From NCBI GenBank assembly GCA_017529005.1, contig JAFXOB010000225.1, positions 1 through 50,940 of the forward strand: a DNA stretch of 50,940 bases, read 5' to 3'. Source of the stretch: Elusimicrobiota bacterium. Its GTDB lineage: Bacteria; Elusimicrobiota; Endomicrobiia; Endomicrobiales; Endomicrobiaceae. The notes beneath the pieces are model-generated. The model did no database searches, was not told where the DNA came from, and was given only the letters and a program-made list of their open reading frames with translations. The position numbers and the translations under genes were made by a program. Positions 8,501 through 16,989 of the stretch are shown here, piece by piece (the stretch's first letter is position 1; every line of letters starts with the position of its first letter).

Positions 8501-10180
8501 TGTTTTTGCTTGTATTTTTGTTTGCGGACCGGATAAAGTAAATGTCGAAACATTTATTTGTTTGTTTGAATAATTTGCGGATATCTCCCAATTATTAAAT
8601 TTATTATTGAACAATGCACCTTTTTTTAAGTTCATATTAACGGAAGTTGTATAATCATTTGCGGAATATTTTATATTACCCGTAGCTTTACCCGATAACG
8701 GCGGTTCTTTAAAGCCTAAAATTTGTAATATATTATTTGTATCTACTCCGTCATAATAAATAACTATACCGTTATTTCTTTTGGTTTCATAAAAAGCATT
8801 TAATCCTATTTTCTTATCTTTTGTATTTATATCCGCAAACCATTTGTAATCTTGTTTATATAATTTACCCAAAACATCAAAACCTTTAAGTTTTTTTGAA
8901 GCAATTTGTTGGCCCGTAATATAAATAGTTCCGCTTTTAGTGTCTATTTTCCCCGTCAAAGAAATTGTTCCTTTCACATTTTTTATTTTTTCCGTAAAAG
9001 GAAGTTTTTTTATCGGAATATTTTTAATATCTACACTGACTTCTCCGTTCTTATAATTTCCGGACAAATATCCCACTTTATTTTTATTGTTATAAACATT
9101 GGTATGATAACTGCCGTCATCTTTCACTACAGTTTCAAAACTATTACCGGAATTATGATAACAATACATTTTAAATACATTATCTTTATTGCTTGCATTA
9201 AAATTTAAATCTCCGAAATTATTACCGAACAAAGTTACGTTTTTTGCATCAATTTTTAAATCAAGTATTTTGTTTTCTGTTTTTGCCGAATAATTCAGTT
9301 TTGTATTTAATACATCATTCGTATCTCGTAATGTTATTGTTCCGGTGGAATTACAAACATCAAAATTTAAATTATTTGATTTAACAAACACATTAATATT
9401 ATTTCCCGAAGAATTTACGGTAAATGTGCTTGTATCTTTTTTTATGTTTGTTTTTAAAGAACCTATTTCCAATCTGTTAACAAACAATTCTTTTGTATCT
9501 ATGTTATATTCGAAAGAATCATCATATAAATTATAATTCCCCAACAAATCAAATTTTGATTTAACAAGCCCGTTAACTTCGGTATAAAAGCTGCTTGTTA
9601 CAAAGTCGCCGTCCAATTTTACGTTTCCCTTTGTATGTATTTTATGTTTAGAATAAAATATTTCACCGCCGATATCTATTTCTTTGTTTAATGTAAAATT
9701 CACATTTTGCATTTTAATAACTTTATTTTTTATAAGAACACAAAATTTATTTACATCACAATTGACATTAAATAAAGAAAGTAATTTTGTAATAACATTG
9801 ATTTTTAATTTTTGAAATGTAGTTTTCGGTTGAGTTTCCGAAGAAAAAACACTTTCCGACTTTTCGTCTATATAACTTATTTTATTTATCTTTAAAGCAG
9901 AAAGAGATTTGAGCGGTGATTTTATATTTTGAAAAAATATATCCGGCTCAAATCGCAATTCTGCTTTATCTATAAAAATTCTATCAGCATATTCCACATC
10001 GTGCAATATTAAAGTAAAAGGTAACCTTACGGAAAAATTCCTAAACTTTATGTTAGAGTCTACTTTGCTGACAGCTTTTTGAATGAATGGAACATAGTAA
10101 TATTCTCTGTAATTATATGTGACAGAAAATATAAAAATTAGAACTGTAAAATATAATACATATCTTATTTTTTTCCACAT
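5534..10180 (-). CDS. tamB: Translocation and assembly module protein TamB / AsmA-like giant periplasm-spanning protein
   Basis: 1548 aa with a single N-terminal TM (YVLYFTVLIFIFSVTY), a very long beta-rich Asn/Lys/Gly/Ser body and a DUF490-like C-terminal end (...MLEQRLRF). Confidence 0.8.
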   Translation of the reverse strand: MWKKIRYVLYFTVLIFIFSVTYNYREYYYVPFIQKAVSKVDSNIKFRNFSVRLPFTLILHDVEYADRIFIDKAELRFEPDIFFQNIKSPLKSLSALKINKISYIDEKSESVFSSETQPKTTFQKLKINVITKLLSLFNVNCDVNKFCVLIKNKVIKMQNVNFTLNKEIDIGGEIFYSKHKIHTKGNVKLDGDFVTSSFYTEVNGLVKSKFDLLGNYNLYDDSFEYNIDTKELFVNRLEIGSLKTNIKKDTSTFTVNSSGNNINVFVKSNNLNFDVCNSTGTITLRDTNDVLNTKLNYSAKTENKILDLKIDAKNVTLFGNNFGDLNFNASNKDNVFKMYCYHNSGNSFETVVKDDGSYHTNVYNNKNKVGYLSGNYKNGEVSVDIKNIPIKKLPFTEKIKNVKGTISLTGKIDTKSGTIYITGQQIASKKLKGFDVLGKLYKQDYKWFADINTKDKKIGLNAFYETKRNNGIVIYYDGVDTNNILQILGFKEPPLSGKATGNIKYSANDYTTSVNMNLKKGALFNNKFNNWEISANYSNKQINVSTFTLSGPQTKIQAKTFIDFSNKDSNSYFNTTIKDFKIKGVNINYDLTINGKLADDNKIVGKVSADKLEVGKINFAHKALLSLSREKIHLSRLNNDNGLSGDIEYDLAQNTISALIKHDKSKLSQYYSKIKGRLTSKTKISGDIKNPDILVDATVKDGLYNDLIFNAETKVVYKNKKMNLNKFVILAGDKSKAKITGSGILDKNNSNLKIKFTNVSENIINRYVGFRTPLKGVFYGDGNVTGKLKNLKYELNLYADTMFVKTMKFNSFVSKLTAHNKIISIKDAKVKLSDSEMKILSANFDINTMKYNSELKFVNTHLGPFDVFGNIKIDGKMTKKREHSYMYKGNINFINLWLNEERIDSLILKYVVLDKDFAFKTEDNNKLKLSGNILFSGYPKITFKNILLNYEKQSYKFNGSILSDKFDIDMTGKKLDLAILTGLFNFPIDITGGLDFKLKGNGPISNPDINLSINSSNGSVYNVPFDLCDIAIDVKDNKLNIDKFNIKKSGKYSFIVDGFFPFWLDSNLKKTMMDKEVNVNYKLNDISLYILKNLANNTVTAKKGFLKIDGKLTGIRKNISNIGKLKMEGTNIKTDSYVNKIKDLVVDIVWDNNLFTIEKAEAKIGSGTLEVAGSLKMQGINPSVYDLNLFTSKKGIPVIVKALPIPTSGVFKMESSSFANYTKGVPVFDFKLKGSPKDLKLTGWAELENTRFCYPSPVKNSDDEIPDFIADMFKNLYIDIDLKSATNTRYENSMLNVLLKGSVNLKGPLDDIYANGVATSDEGLFSYMGNDFDIISSKIEIINNELYITAEGESEVYSTGDSAAEVIKVYVDRSTLDNIKTRFASKNDPNMDSKKALARLTKTDPTQSNTLDTSTDFLVKQQAIRMFSSSIATPLANTVLKKTGIVDNVRLGFVNQDTLQIDSNEEATMAELLYGMKYSVEKNINRLLQVGYSVTFDKVQREIDLKQAVEMSFKLNRNLFLKGSYGLNSDNPNYEPEKRFMLEQRLRF

Positions 10181-10193
10181 TCAAAATTTAATT

Positions 10194-11075
10194 CTATTTT
10201 TTTCTTTTTATAGGTTCCCCTGTTGATCTTGTTAATGCTTTAAACTCTTTCAAAAGTTTAGGGAAAATCTTACCCGGTTTTCCGTCTCCTATTTCTCTAC
10301 CATCAACTTTAACAACAGGTATTGCTTCTGCAGCTGTCCCTGTTAAGAAACATTCATCTGCAGTATATAAATCATAAGGAGCAATCAAAACTTCTCTTAC
10401 ATCCAATTTTAATTTATTCTTTAAAAGTTCTATTGATGTATTTCTTGTAACACCTTTCAATGCACCTGCTGTTGCAGGAGGTGTGAAAACTATACCATTT
10501 TTAACTATGAAAATATTGTCTCCGCTGCATTCAACAACATATCCTTCTCTATTTAACATAATTGCTTCTAATACTCCTGCTCTTTTTGCTTCCATCTTTG
10601 CCATTATGTTATTTAAATAGTTTAATGATTTAATGTTTGGGCTTAATGCATCCGGAGAGTTTCTTCTTGTGCATACGGTAATAACTTCAAGACCGTTTTT
10701 GTACAATGAATCCGGATATAAAGAAATTTTATCTGCAATAATAAATACGGTAGATTTCCCGCAATTTGCAGGATCCAATCCCAAATCACCTGCTCCTCTT
10801 GTAACAACAAGTCTTATATAAGCATCATCTAATTTATTTATTGCTAATGTATCCAACAATGCATTTGTCATTTCTTTTTTTGTCATACCAATGTTAAGTG
10901 CAATTGCTTTTGCACTATCATAAAGTCTGTCTATATGTTCTTTGCATCTGAATACTCTTCCGTTATATGCTCTTATTCCTTCGAATACTCCGTCTCCGTA
11001 AAGAACACCATGATCAAAAACTGATACTACAGCATCTTCTTTGTTTACAAATTTTCCATTAAGGTAAATCTTCAT
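10194..11075 (-). CDS. ilvE: Branched-chain amino acid aminotransferase (class IV PLP enzyme)
   Basis: [10 protein letters not shown]...[46 protein letters not shown] and TGTAAE are typical of the short IlvE form. AGGAG lies 9 nt before the ATG. Confidence 0.9.
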   Translation of the reverse strand: MKIYLNGKFVNKEDAVVSVFDHGVLYGDGVFEGIRAYNGRVFRCKEHIDRLYDSAKAIALNIGMTKKEMTNALLDTLAINKLDDAYIRLVVTRGAGDLGLDPANCGKSTVFIIADKISLYPDSLYKNGLEVITVCTRRNSPDALSPNIKSLNYLNNIMAKMEAKRAGVLEAIMLNREGYVVECSGDNIFIVKNGIVFTPPATAGALKGVTRNTSIELLKNKLKLDVREVLIAPYDLYTADECFLTGTAAEAIPVVKVDGREIGDGKPGKIFPKLLKEFKALTRSTGEPIKRKK

Positions 11076-11156
11076 CTTGTTACTCTCCTATTGTAAAATT
11101 AATATTATCTTATTATCTATATAATAATATATCTTTTGAAATTGCTTTGCAATTTT

Positions 11157-11816
11157 TTAACAAATTTTTCCATCAACAATTTTTATTTGTCTGTCTGCCA
11201 AATTTGCAAGTTCCAGGCTATGTGTAACAACCAATAAAGTCGTTTTTAATTTACTGCACATATCAAACATCAAATTTTCTATTTTTTCACCTGTTTGCCT
11301 GTCCAAATTTCCTGTAGGTTCATCGGCAAAAAGTATTTTAGGATTATTAATCAATGCCCTTGCAAGGGCCACTCGTTGTTGTTCCCCGCCGGATAACTCG
11401 TTGGGCATGTGGTTTGCTCTGTCAGTCAGCCCCATTATTTCCAACATATTTAATGCATATTCTTTTTTTTGTTTTTTATTATCCCATACCGGCATCAATA
11501 TATTTTCCATAACGGTAAAATCCGCCAACAAATAGTGAAACTGAAAAACAAAGCCTATATTTTCTTTTCTCATTTTTGCAAGTTTATTTTGTGAAAGAGA
11601 AGTTATATCTTTATTATCAATTAAAACATTACCCGATGTAGGCTTATCCATAAGTCCCAAAATATGTATAAGCGTACTCTTACCGGCACCCGAAGGTCCC
11701 ATTAAAGCAACTTTTTCACCGGAATCTATTAACAAATCTATACCTTTGAGAACTTTTACTTCTCCGGATTTTGGAACAATATAATTTTTAGTTAAATTTT
11801 TAGTTTCTATTCTCAT
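11157..11816 (-). CDS. lolD: Lipoprotein-releasing system ABC ATPase (LolD-like)
   Basis: Walker A GPSGAGKST, signature LSGGEQQRVALARAL, Walker B ILFADEPTGNLD and VTHS. It lies directly downstream of an FtsX/MacB-type permease. The track start at 11828 is TTG, so ATG 11816 (MRIETKNL) is used. Confidence 0.8.
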   Translation of the reverse strand: MRIETKNLTKNYIVPKSGEVKVLKGIDLLIDSGEKVALMGPSGAGKSTLIHILGLMDKPTSGNVLIDNKDITSLSQNKLAKMRKENIGFVFQFHYLLADFTVMENILMPVWDNKKQKKEYALNMLEIMGLTDRANHMPNELSGGEQQRVALARALINNPKILFADEPTGNLDRQTGEKIENLMFDMCSKLKTTLLVVTHSLELANLADRQIKIVDGKIC

Positions 11817-11873
11817 TTCATTTAACAAATGCTTATAGTTTTTAGAATATTTTGTTTTACAAAAAGTTACAAA

Positions 11874-11906
11874 CCTATAACCCTATAACCTTATTATCCT
11901 ATAACC
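11874..11906. repeat. Tandem 8-bp-period repeat element (CCTATAAC x4, third unit degenerate)
   Basis: Reads CCTATAAC CCTATAAC CTTATTAT CCTATAAC C. 29 of 33 positions are identical to 20285-20317 by hand count. Confidence 0.8.
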
Positions 11907-11932
11907 TAACTAAAATTTTGTAAAGTAAAATT

Positions 11933-13156
11933 TTAGTTATATCTAATTGCTTCTAACGGTTCCAATTTTGATACCTGATATGCCGGATACAATCCTGCAA
12001 TTATTGTTATAGCAAAAGCACATAAAGCAACTAAACAAATATCCGCAGGTATTATCATAACCGGTAATCTGTCAACATAATATACACCCTGCGGAAGCTT
12101 AAATATTTCAAAATTTTTAAGTCCGTAACTTATTAAAAGGCCTGATGCCAAGCCCAAAACAGTTCCGACTGTTCCTACAATAATTCCTTCATAAAAAAAT
12201 ATTTTTGATATTGAAAGTTTTGAAAAGCCCATAGCAGATAATATTCCTATTTCTTTTGCTTTTTCCACACTAAGTAAAAGGATATTTGAAATTATGTTGA
12301 ACGAAGCAACTATAATAATTAAAGCAAGTATTATAAACATCATAATCTTTTCAAGTTTCAACGCGGAAAAAAGATTTTTGTTCATCTCTATCCAAGATCT
12401 TGCTCTGTAAGGATACCCTAATTTTTTCTGCAAGTCTTTTGCATATTGTGTAGCTTTATCAAAACTTGACGTTCTTATTGCTATACCGCTTACACCGCCG
12501 TCAAAAGAAAACATGTCAGCTGCCGTTTTTAAATCTATGTATGCAAGGGTTGTATCGTATTCGTACATTCCGGAATGAAATATTGCTTCTATTTTTAATT
12601 TTTTCATTTTCGGAACGGAAGATAACTGACTCGGAAACATTACTATAACATAATCACCTACTTCGGCATGAATTGAGTTTGCAAGTTCGTTGCCTAAAAT
12701 AATTCCGGTATCACTTATTTCATCATCCAACAAAATACTGTCTTTTGAAAGTTTGGATTTTAAATCCATAAGTTTATCTTCGGATTTAAAATCTATACCT
12801 TTTACCAAAGCTCCGGTACCTTGAGTATATCCCTGTTTTTTTATTATGGATTGACCGAATATGTAAGGTGCTGTTGCTTTTACATAATCAAAACCCGATA
12901 CCTCATCCGTTATTATCTCATAATTATCAAACAAAGTAACATCTGTTCTTGTTAAATAAATGTGCGGTTGTATTCCCAAAATTTTTGCTCTGATATCTTG
13001 TTGAAAACCGCTCATTACAGACAATGTTATAACCAAGGCACAAACACCGAGTGTAGTTCCGCCTATAGCAATAAGTGTGGTTAAAAAAGCAAAAAAACCT
13101 TTTTTTCTTGCTTTAATATATCTGTAAGCGATAAAAAGTTCTGCTGATCCTAACAT
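11933..13156 (-). CDS. Lipoprotein-releasing system permease (LolC/LolE/MacB-FtsX family)
   Basis: 407 aa with an N-terminal TM, a large periplasmic loop and a C-terminal FtsX-type 3-TM bundle ([21 protein letters not shown]...). It is adjacent to lolD, and its ATG overlaps the lysS stop region by 7 nt. Confidence 0.8.
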   Translation of the reverse strand: MLGSAELFIAYRYIKARKKGFFAFLTTLIAIGGTTLGVCALVITLSVMSGFQQDIRAKILGIQPHIYLTRTDVTLFDNYEIITDEVSGFDYVKATAPYIFGQSIIKKQGYTQGTGALVKGIDFKSEDKLMDLKSKLSKDSILLDDEISDTGIILGNELANSIHAEVGDYVIVMFPSQLSSVPKMKKLKIEAIFHSGMYEYDTTLAYIDLKTAADMFSFDGGVSGIAIRTSSFDKATQYAKDLQKKLGYPYRARSWIEMNKNLFSALKLEKIMMFIILALIIIVASFNIISNILLLSVEKAKEIGILSAMGFSKLSISKIFFYEGIIVGTVGTVLGLASGLLISYGLKNFEIFKLPQGVYYVDRLPVMIIPADICLVALCAFAITIIAGLYPAYQVSKLEPLEAIRYN

Positions 13157-14634
13157 TCAGGTCTCATTGTCGGGAAAAATATTACTTCTCTTATAGATTC
13201 GGATTTAGTTAAAATCATAACTAATCTGTCTATACCTATTCCAAGTCCGCCTGTTGGAGGAAGTCCTTGTTCCAAAGCATTTATATAATCGGCATCATAA
13301 GGTTGCGCTTCCTCATCACCTTTAACTTTAGCTTCCATCTGTTGTTGGAATCTTATTTTTTGCAAATGAGGGTCGTTCATTTCGGAATAAGCATTACATA
13401 TTTCCATACCGTTTATATAAAGTTCAAATCTTTCCGCTATTTCAGGCTGATCAAATTTAACCTTTGTTAACGGTGAATATATTGCAGGGTAATCCATAAC
13501 GAAAGTAGGTTGTTGTAAATTAGGTATAACTTTTTCATCTAAAACAGCATCCAACACTTTTTGATCACCAGCATCCGGTGCAACATCAAGATTCAAATGT
13601 TTTACCTGTTCGTACATTTTACCTGTACCTACAAAAGGTAACAAATCAAGTCCGGTATATTCTTTTACCAAATCGAATAATTTTGCTCTTCTGAAATTAA
13701 GGTTTAAATCTGTTGCGCCTATAGATTGTGCCGCATTTTTTATTAACACTTCGGTTAAATCCATCATGTCATTATAATCCGCATAAGCTTGATATAACTC
13801 CATCATAGTAAACTCGGGATTATGATTTCTGTCTATACCTTCATTTCTGAAATTTCTGCCTATTTCAAATACTCTTTCTATTCCGCCGACAACTAGTCTT
13901 TTCAAGAAAAGTTCGGGAGCTATTCTCATATACAAATCCATATCAAGTGCATTATGATGAGTAATAAACGGTTTTGCATTTGCTCCGCCGGCAAGAGTTT
14001 GTAATATAGGTGTTTCCACTTCTATAAAACCTAATTCTTCAAGTTTTTTTCTGATTGAAGATAATATTGTACTTCTCTTTTTAAACACTTCTTTTACTTC
14101 GGGATTTGCAATTAAATCCAAGTATCTTTGTCTGTATCTTGTTTCCGTATCTTTTAAACCATGCCACTTTTCAGGTAACGGTCTAAATGCTTTTGTTGCT
14201 ATAGAAAATTTATCGGCTTTTAAACTGAGTTCTCCCGTTTTTGTTCTAAACGGAACACCTGTTATTAAAACAAAATCCGATAAATCCGACATTTCTTTAA
14301 ACATCTTAAAATCCTGTTCTCCAACCTGATCTTTTCTTACATAAACCTGTATTCTTCCTGTTCCGTCAACAATATCTATAAAAGAAGCTTTACCCATATC
14401 TCTTCTGGACATCATTCTCCCTGCAACGGTAACCTGCTCTTTAGACATTTCTTCTTTTTGTAAAGATTCATATTTTTCTCTGACTTGAGCAATCTTACTG
14501 TCTATTTTTATTCTTGCAGGATACGGATCTATTTTTGCAGCTCTCATAGTATCCGCTTTATTTTTTCTTTGCGCTATTATTGTATCTATAGTAGCCTGCG
14601 ATGTTTCGTTTTTTTGTTCTTGATTTTCTGCCAT
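13150..14634 (-). CDS. lysS: Lysyl-tRNA synthetase, class II
   Basis: N-terminal OB anticodon-binding region and class II motifs (RNFRNEGID; [12 protein letters not shown]). 494 aa. Confidence 0.95.
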   Translation of the reverse strand: MAENQEQKNETSQATIDTIIAQRKNKADTMRAAKIDPYPARIKIDSKIAQVREKYESLQKEEMSKEQVTVAGRMMSRRDMGKASFIDIVDGTGRIQVYVRKDQVGEQDFKMFKEMSDLSDFVLITGVPFRTKTGELSLKADKFSIATKAFRPLPEKWHGLKDTETRYRQRYLDLIANPEVKEVFKKRSTILSSIRKKLEELGFIEVETPILQTLAGGANAKPFITHHNALDMDLYMRIAPELFLKRLVVGGIERVFEIGRNFRNEGIDRNHNPEFTMMELYQAYADYNDMMDLTEVLIKNAAQSIGATDLNLNFRRAKLFDLVKEYTGLDLLPFVGTGKMYEQVKHLNLDVAPDAGDQKVLDAVLDEKVIPNLQQPTFVMDYPAIYSPLTKVKFDQPEIAERFELYINGMEICNAYSEMNDPHLQKIRFQQQMEAKVKGDEEAQPYDADYINALEQGLPPTGGLGIGIDRLVMILTKSESIREVIFFPTMRPEC

Positions 14635-14708
14635 TTTCTTATTCCTTTTTATATTATTTATATTATAAATTTATCTTAATATGGTATCATTTTTTAATAG
14701 AGAAAATC

Positions 14709-14744
14709 AAAAAGCGGGAAAGTTTTTTCTTCCCCGCTTTTTTT
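14709..14744 (-). terminator. Intrinsic terminator downstream of the small OMP gene (bidirectional shape)
   Basis: GCGGGAAAG (14714-14722) pairs with CTTCCCCGC (14729-14737). The stem is 9 bp with 1 mismatch, flanked by an A5 run on one side and a T7 run on the other. Confidence 0.6.
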
Positions 14745-14769
14745 AATTTATATATTTAAAATTATAAGA

Positions 14770-15339
14770 CTACAAACCGAATTTTAAACCTACGTTCACC
14801 GCCAATCTTCTGGTTGAAAAAGAACTGTTATTTTCTTTGGTATCATGATCCCAATAATTTACGGAATATAAAAGTTCAACAATTATATTCCATTTTTCCA
14901 AACCGAAACCTGCTCCCCAATACAAACCGTTCTCCGAAAAATCATCATTATTATCGTTATACTTTGTAATACCCATACCAAACTGACCCAATAAATATAC
15001 TTTATCTACCAATCCGTCCTCTGCCAATATCGGTTTTACTGCAACAAATGCATTTGTTGCACCTAATTTTGCATCCTCTTTCCAATGTTCATCAAAATTA
15101 CTGTCAAAAATATAATTAAGACCTGCACCTATACCGATATTGTTCAGTAAATAAACATAAAAATCTACTCCAACCGAATATGACGGATCCTGTGAATATC
15201 CGACTTTATATTCACTCGGTGATGTCTGTACTACAGTAGGTTCAACAATATACCCTACTTTTAAATCCAATTCAGCTAAAGCAAATGCAGGTGCTGCCAT
15301 TACTGCTGCAAAAAACATTGCTGCCAACAATTTTTTCAT
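14770..15339 (-). CDS. Small outer-membrane beta-barrel protein (8-strand OmpW/OmpX-like class)
   Basis: Signal peptide MKKLLAAMFFAAVMAAPAFA, alternating aromatic/Gly beta-strand pattern and a C-terminal ...VGLKFGL. GGAGG RBS. Confidence 0.6.
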   Translation of the reverse strand: MKKLLAAMFFAAVMAAPAFALAELDLKVGYIVEPTVVQTSPSEYKVGYSQDPSYSVGVDFYVYLLNNIGIGAGLNYIFDSNFDEHWKEDAKLGATNAFVAVKPILAEDGLVDKVYLLGQFGMGITKYNDNNDDFSENGLYWGAGFGLEKWNIIVELLYSVNYWDHDTKENNSSFSTRRLAVNVGLKFGL

Positions 15340-15381
15340 TTTTACTTCCTCCTGTTATAAAAATTTAATTCGTAAATTTTA

Positions 15382-15409
15382 GTTTACAGCTTATAGTTTA
15401 CGGTTTATA
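15382..15409. repeat. Tandem 14-bp repeat related to the CCTATAAC family (opposite orientation)
   Basis: GTTTACAGCTTATA followed by GTTTACGGTTTATA. It contains GGTTTATAG, the reverse complement of CTATAAACC. GCTTATAGTTT also occurs at 11831-11841. Confidence 0.5.
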
Positions 15410-15418
15410 GTTTTCGGT

Positions 15419-15472
15419 AAAAATTGCAAAGCAATTTTTGATTAATTATCAGATTTTTCGCAAAGCGAAAAA
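15419..15472 (-). terminator. Two small AT-rich hairpins downstream of mazG (weak terminator candidates / small palindromic repeats)
   Basis: AAAAATTGC-AAA-GCAATTTTT (15419-15439) and TTTTTCGC-AAA-GCGAAAAA (15454-15472). The AATTGC-NNN-GCAATT palindrome recurs at 11138-11157. Confidence 0.3.
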
Positions 15473-15502
15473 CAAATCAAGCCATCAACTGCAAACATAT
15501 TT

Positions 15503-15904
15503 TCAACTGTTTTTTTTCTTCTTTTCCTCAGATTTAATTTTTTCCCATTCCGCTCTTATTTCTTCTTCTGTTTTTGCTTTTGAGTTACCGAACACATGAG
15601 GATGTCTTCTTATCATCTTTTCGTTTATTGAATCTAAAACATCATATATATCAAACTTATTATTTTCTTTTGCTATTTGTGCATGAAAAATCACTTGTAA
15701 CAATACATCACCAAGTTCTTCCTTCATATTATCATAATCTTGTTTTTGAACAGCTTCATTATACTCGTTTGATTCTTCAAACAAATATTTCATAAGAGAT
15801 TTATGAGTTTGCTTTTTATCCCAAGGACACCCGTTTTCTCCTCTTAACTTTTCCAGGATATCTACAAGTTTTAAAAATTTATTAACTTTTTTTTCGTTTT
15901 TCAT
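15503..15904 (-). CDS. mazG: MazG-family nucleoside triphosphate pyrophosphohydrolase (single-domain, 133 aa)
   Basis: GCPWDKKQTHKSL, EESNEYNEAV and EELGDVLLQVIFHAQIA form the EExxE/ExxD MazG signature. The track ORF extends to 16042 only by reading through tRNA-Leu antisense, so ATG 15904 (MKNEKK) is used. Confidence 0.85.
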   Translation of the reverse strand: MKNEKKVNKFLKLVDILEKLRGENGCPWDKKQTHKSLMKYLFEESNEYNEAVQKQDYDNMKEELGDVLLQVIFHAQIAKENNKFDIYDVLDSINEKMIRRHPHVFGNSKAKTEEEIRAEWEKIKSEEKKKKNS

Positions 15905-15958
15905 TATCAATTTCCTTGTTAAAACTTCTACAAAATGATATATTTTTCTTAACATTTT

Positions 15959-16041
15959 GCCGAGGTGGTGGAACGGCAGACACACAGGTCTCAGAAGCCT
16001 GTAGTCGCAAGACTGTGCGAGTTCAAATCTCGTCCTCGGCA
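15959..16041 (+). tRNA. tRNA-Leu (anticodon CAG), long variable arm
   Basis: GCCGAGG-TG-GTGGAACGGCAGACAC-A-CAGGT-CTCAGAA-GCCTG-TAGTCGCAAGACTGT-GCGAG-TTCAAAT-CTCGT-CCTCGGC-A. Class II cloverleaf. It is on the + strand, opposite to all neighbours. Confidence 0.9.
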
Positions 16042-16045
16042 TATT

Positions 16046-16987
16046 TTATACTTTATTTTTCTCAAATTCGTTAGAGTAATAAGGTAAAAATTTTGTTTGC
16101 CAGGTAGTCGGATCTTTTGTTTCCAAAACTTTTAAAGTTCTGCCTCTATCGACATGAGCTATACCAAAAATCAAATCGGAATATTTCAAACAAACAATAT
16201 ATTCGTTACCGATTTCTTCAACAGATTGAACTTCCGTAGGAATAGGAATCATGGTTTGTTCTTTTTTAGCACCGATTAAATGTCCTATATAATGAGCAAT
16301 ATCTCTTGTATCTATTATCTTTGCAAGAACTTTATCACCTACTTTTAAATTTTCAACCTTTTTGCCGGAAGAATCTTCAAAAATAAAAGCTTCCAACTCT
16401 ATTACGGATGAATATTCCGAAGAGATTGTTTCTTTGGGAATATTGTCCGGAAAATATTTAGGTAATTTTTTAAAATCTCTTAAAGTAAGTTCTTCCGCAA
16501 CTATTTCCACTTGAACATTGTTTTCGGAAAAATATGTTTCCAAAAGCAATTTCATATCTTTGCAGGTTAATATTTTATTACTTTTTAAATTTGAATCAAC
16601 AAATTCTTTAAGGTTTTTATCTATGGTTTTTGTATAATTTTCTATAGCGCCTTCAACCAAACGATATGAATATATTTGCTTTTCAAAAGAAAACCAATCC
16701 GCTTCAATATTTTGCTCATATACTACAGGATTAAAAGTCATAACAACACTGAACCTTAATAAATCAAGATTTTTATTATTTGTTATTATGTGTATTAAAC
16801 CGAAAATATTATCGTTTTTTAAAATTATTTTTGCTTTATAAGCAGTAATATACTTAAGCATTGCACTGACATAAGAAATTGCTTTATTAAAATTTCCTTC
16901 CGCAAGTTTCAATGCCGTTTCCGCTTCCGATTGTTCACAACCGGTATCATCCATTAAAGCTTTTATTTTTTCCAATGTAATATTCAT
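16046..16987 (-). CDS. Hypothetical protein with N-terminal UBA / EF-Ts-N-like helical domain
   Basis: IKALMDDTGCEQSEAETALKLAEGNFNKAISYV resembles the UBA/TS-N fold signature. The remaining 270 aa have no motif I recognise. The ATG lies 2 nt after the xerC stop. Confidence 0.75.
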   Translation of the reverse strand: MNITLEKIKALMDDTGCEQSEAETALKLAEGNFNKAISYVSAMLKYITAYKAKIILKNDNIFGLIHIITNNKNLDLLRFSVVMTFNPVVYEQNIEADWFSFEKQIYSYRLVEGAIENYTKTIDKNLKEFVDSNLKSNKILTCKDMKLLLETYFSENNVQVEIVAEELTLRDFKKLPKYFPDNIPKETISSEYSSVIELEAFIFEDSSGKKVENLKVGDKVLAKIIDTRDIAHYIGHLIGAKKEQTMIPIPTEVQSVEEIGNEYIVCLKYSDLIFGIAHVDRGRTLKVLETKDPTTWQTKFLPYYSNEFEKNKV

Positions 16988-16989
16988 TA

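Noticed and set aside
13157-14769. Leader riboswitch or T-box for lysS (and similarly for panB and nadB)
   Set aside because: The upstream gaps are too short or are occupied by the neighbouring terminator, and no conserved leader elements are recognisable.
15905-16042. N-terminal 46 residues of the track ORF 15503..16042
   Set aside because: This part is the reverse-strand reading of tRNA-Leu (MPRTRFELAQS...). The MazG homology begins after the ATG at 15904.
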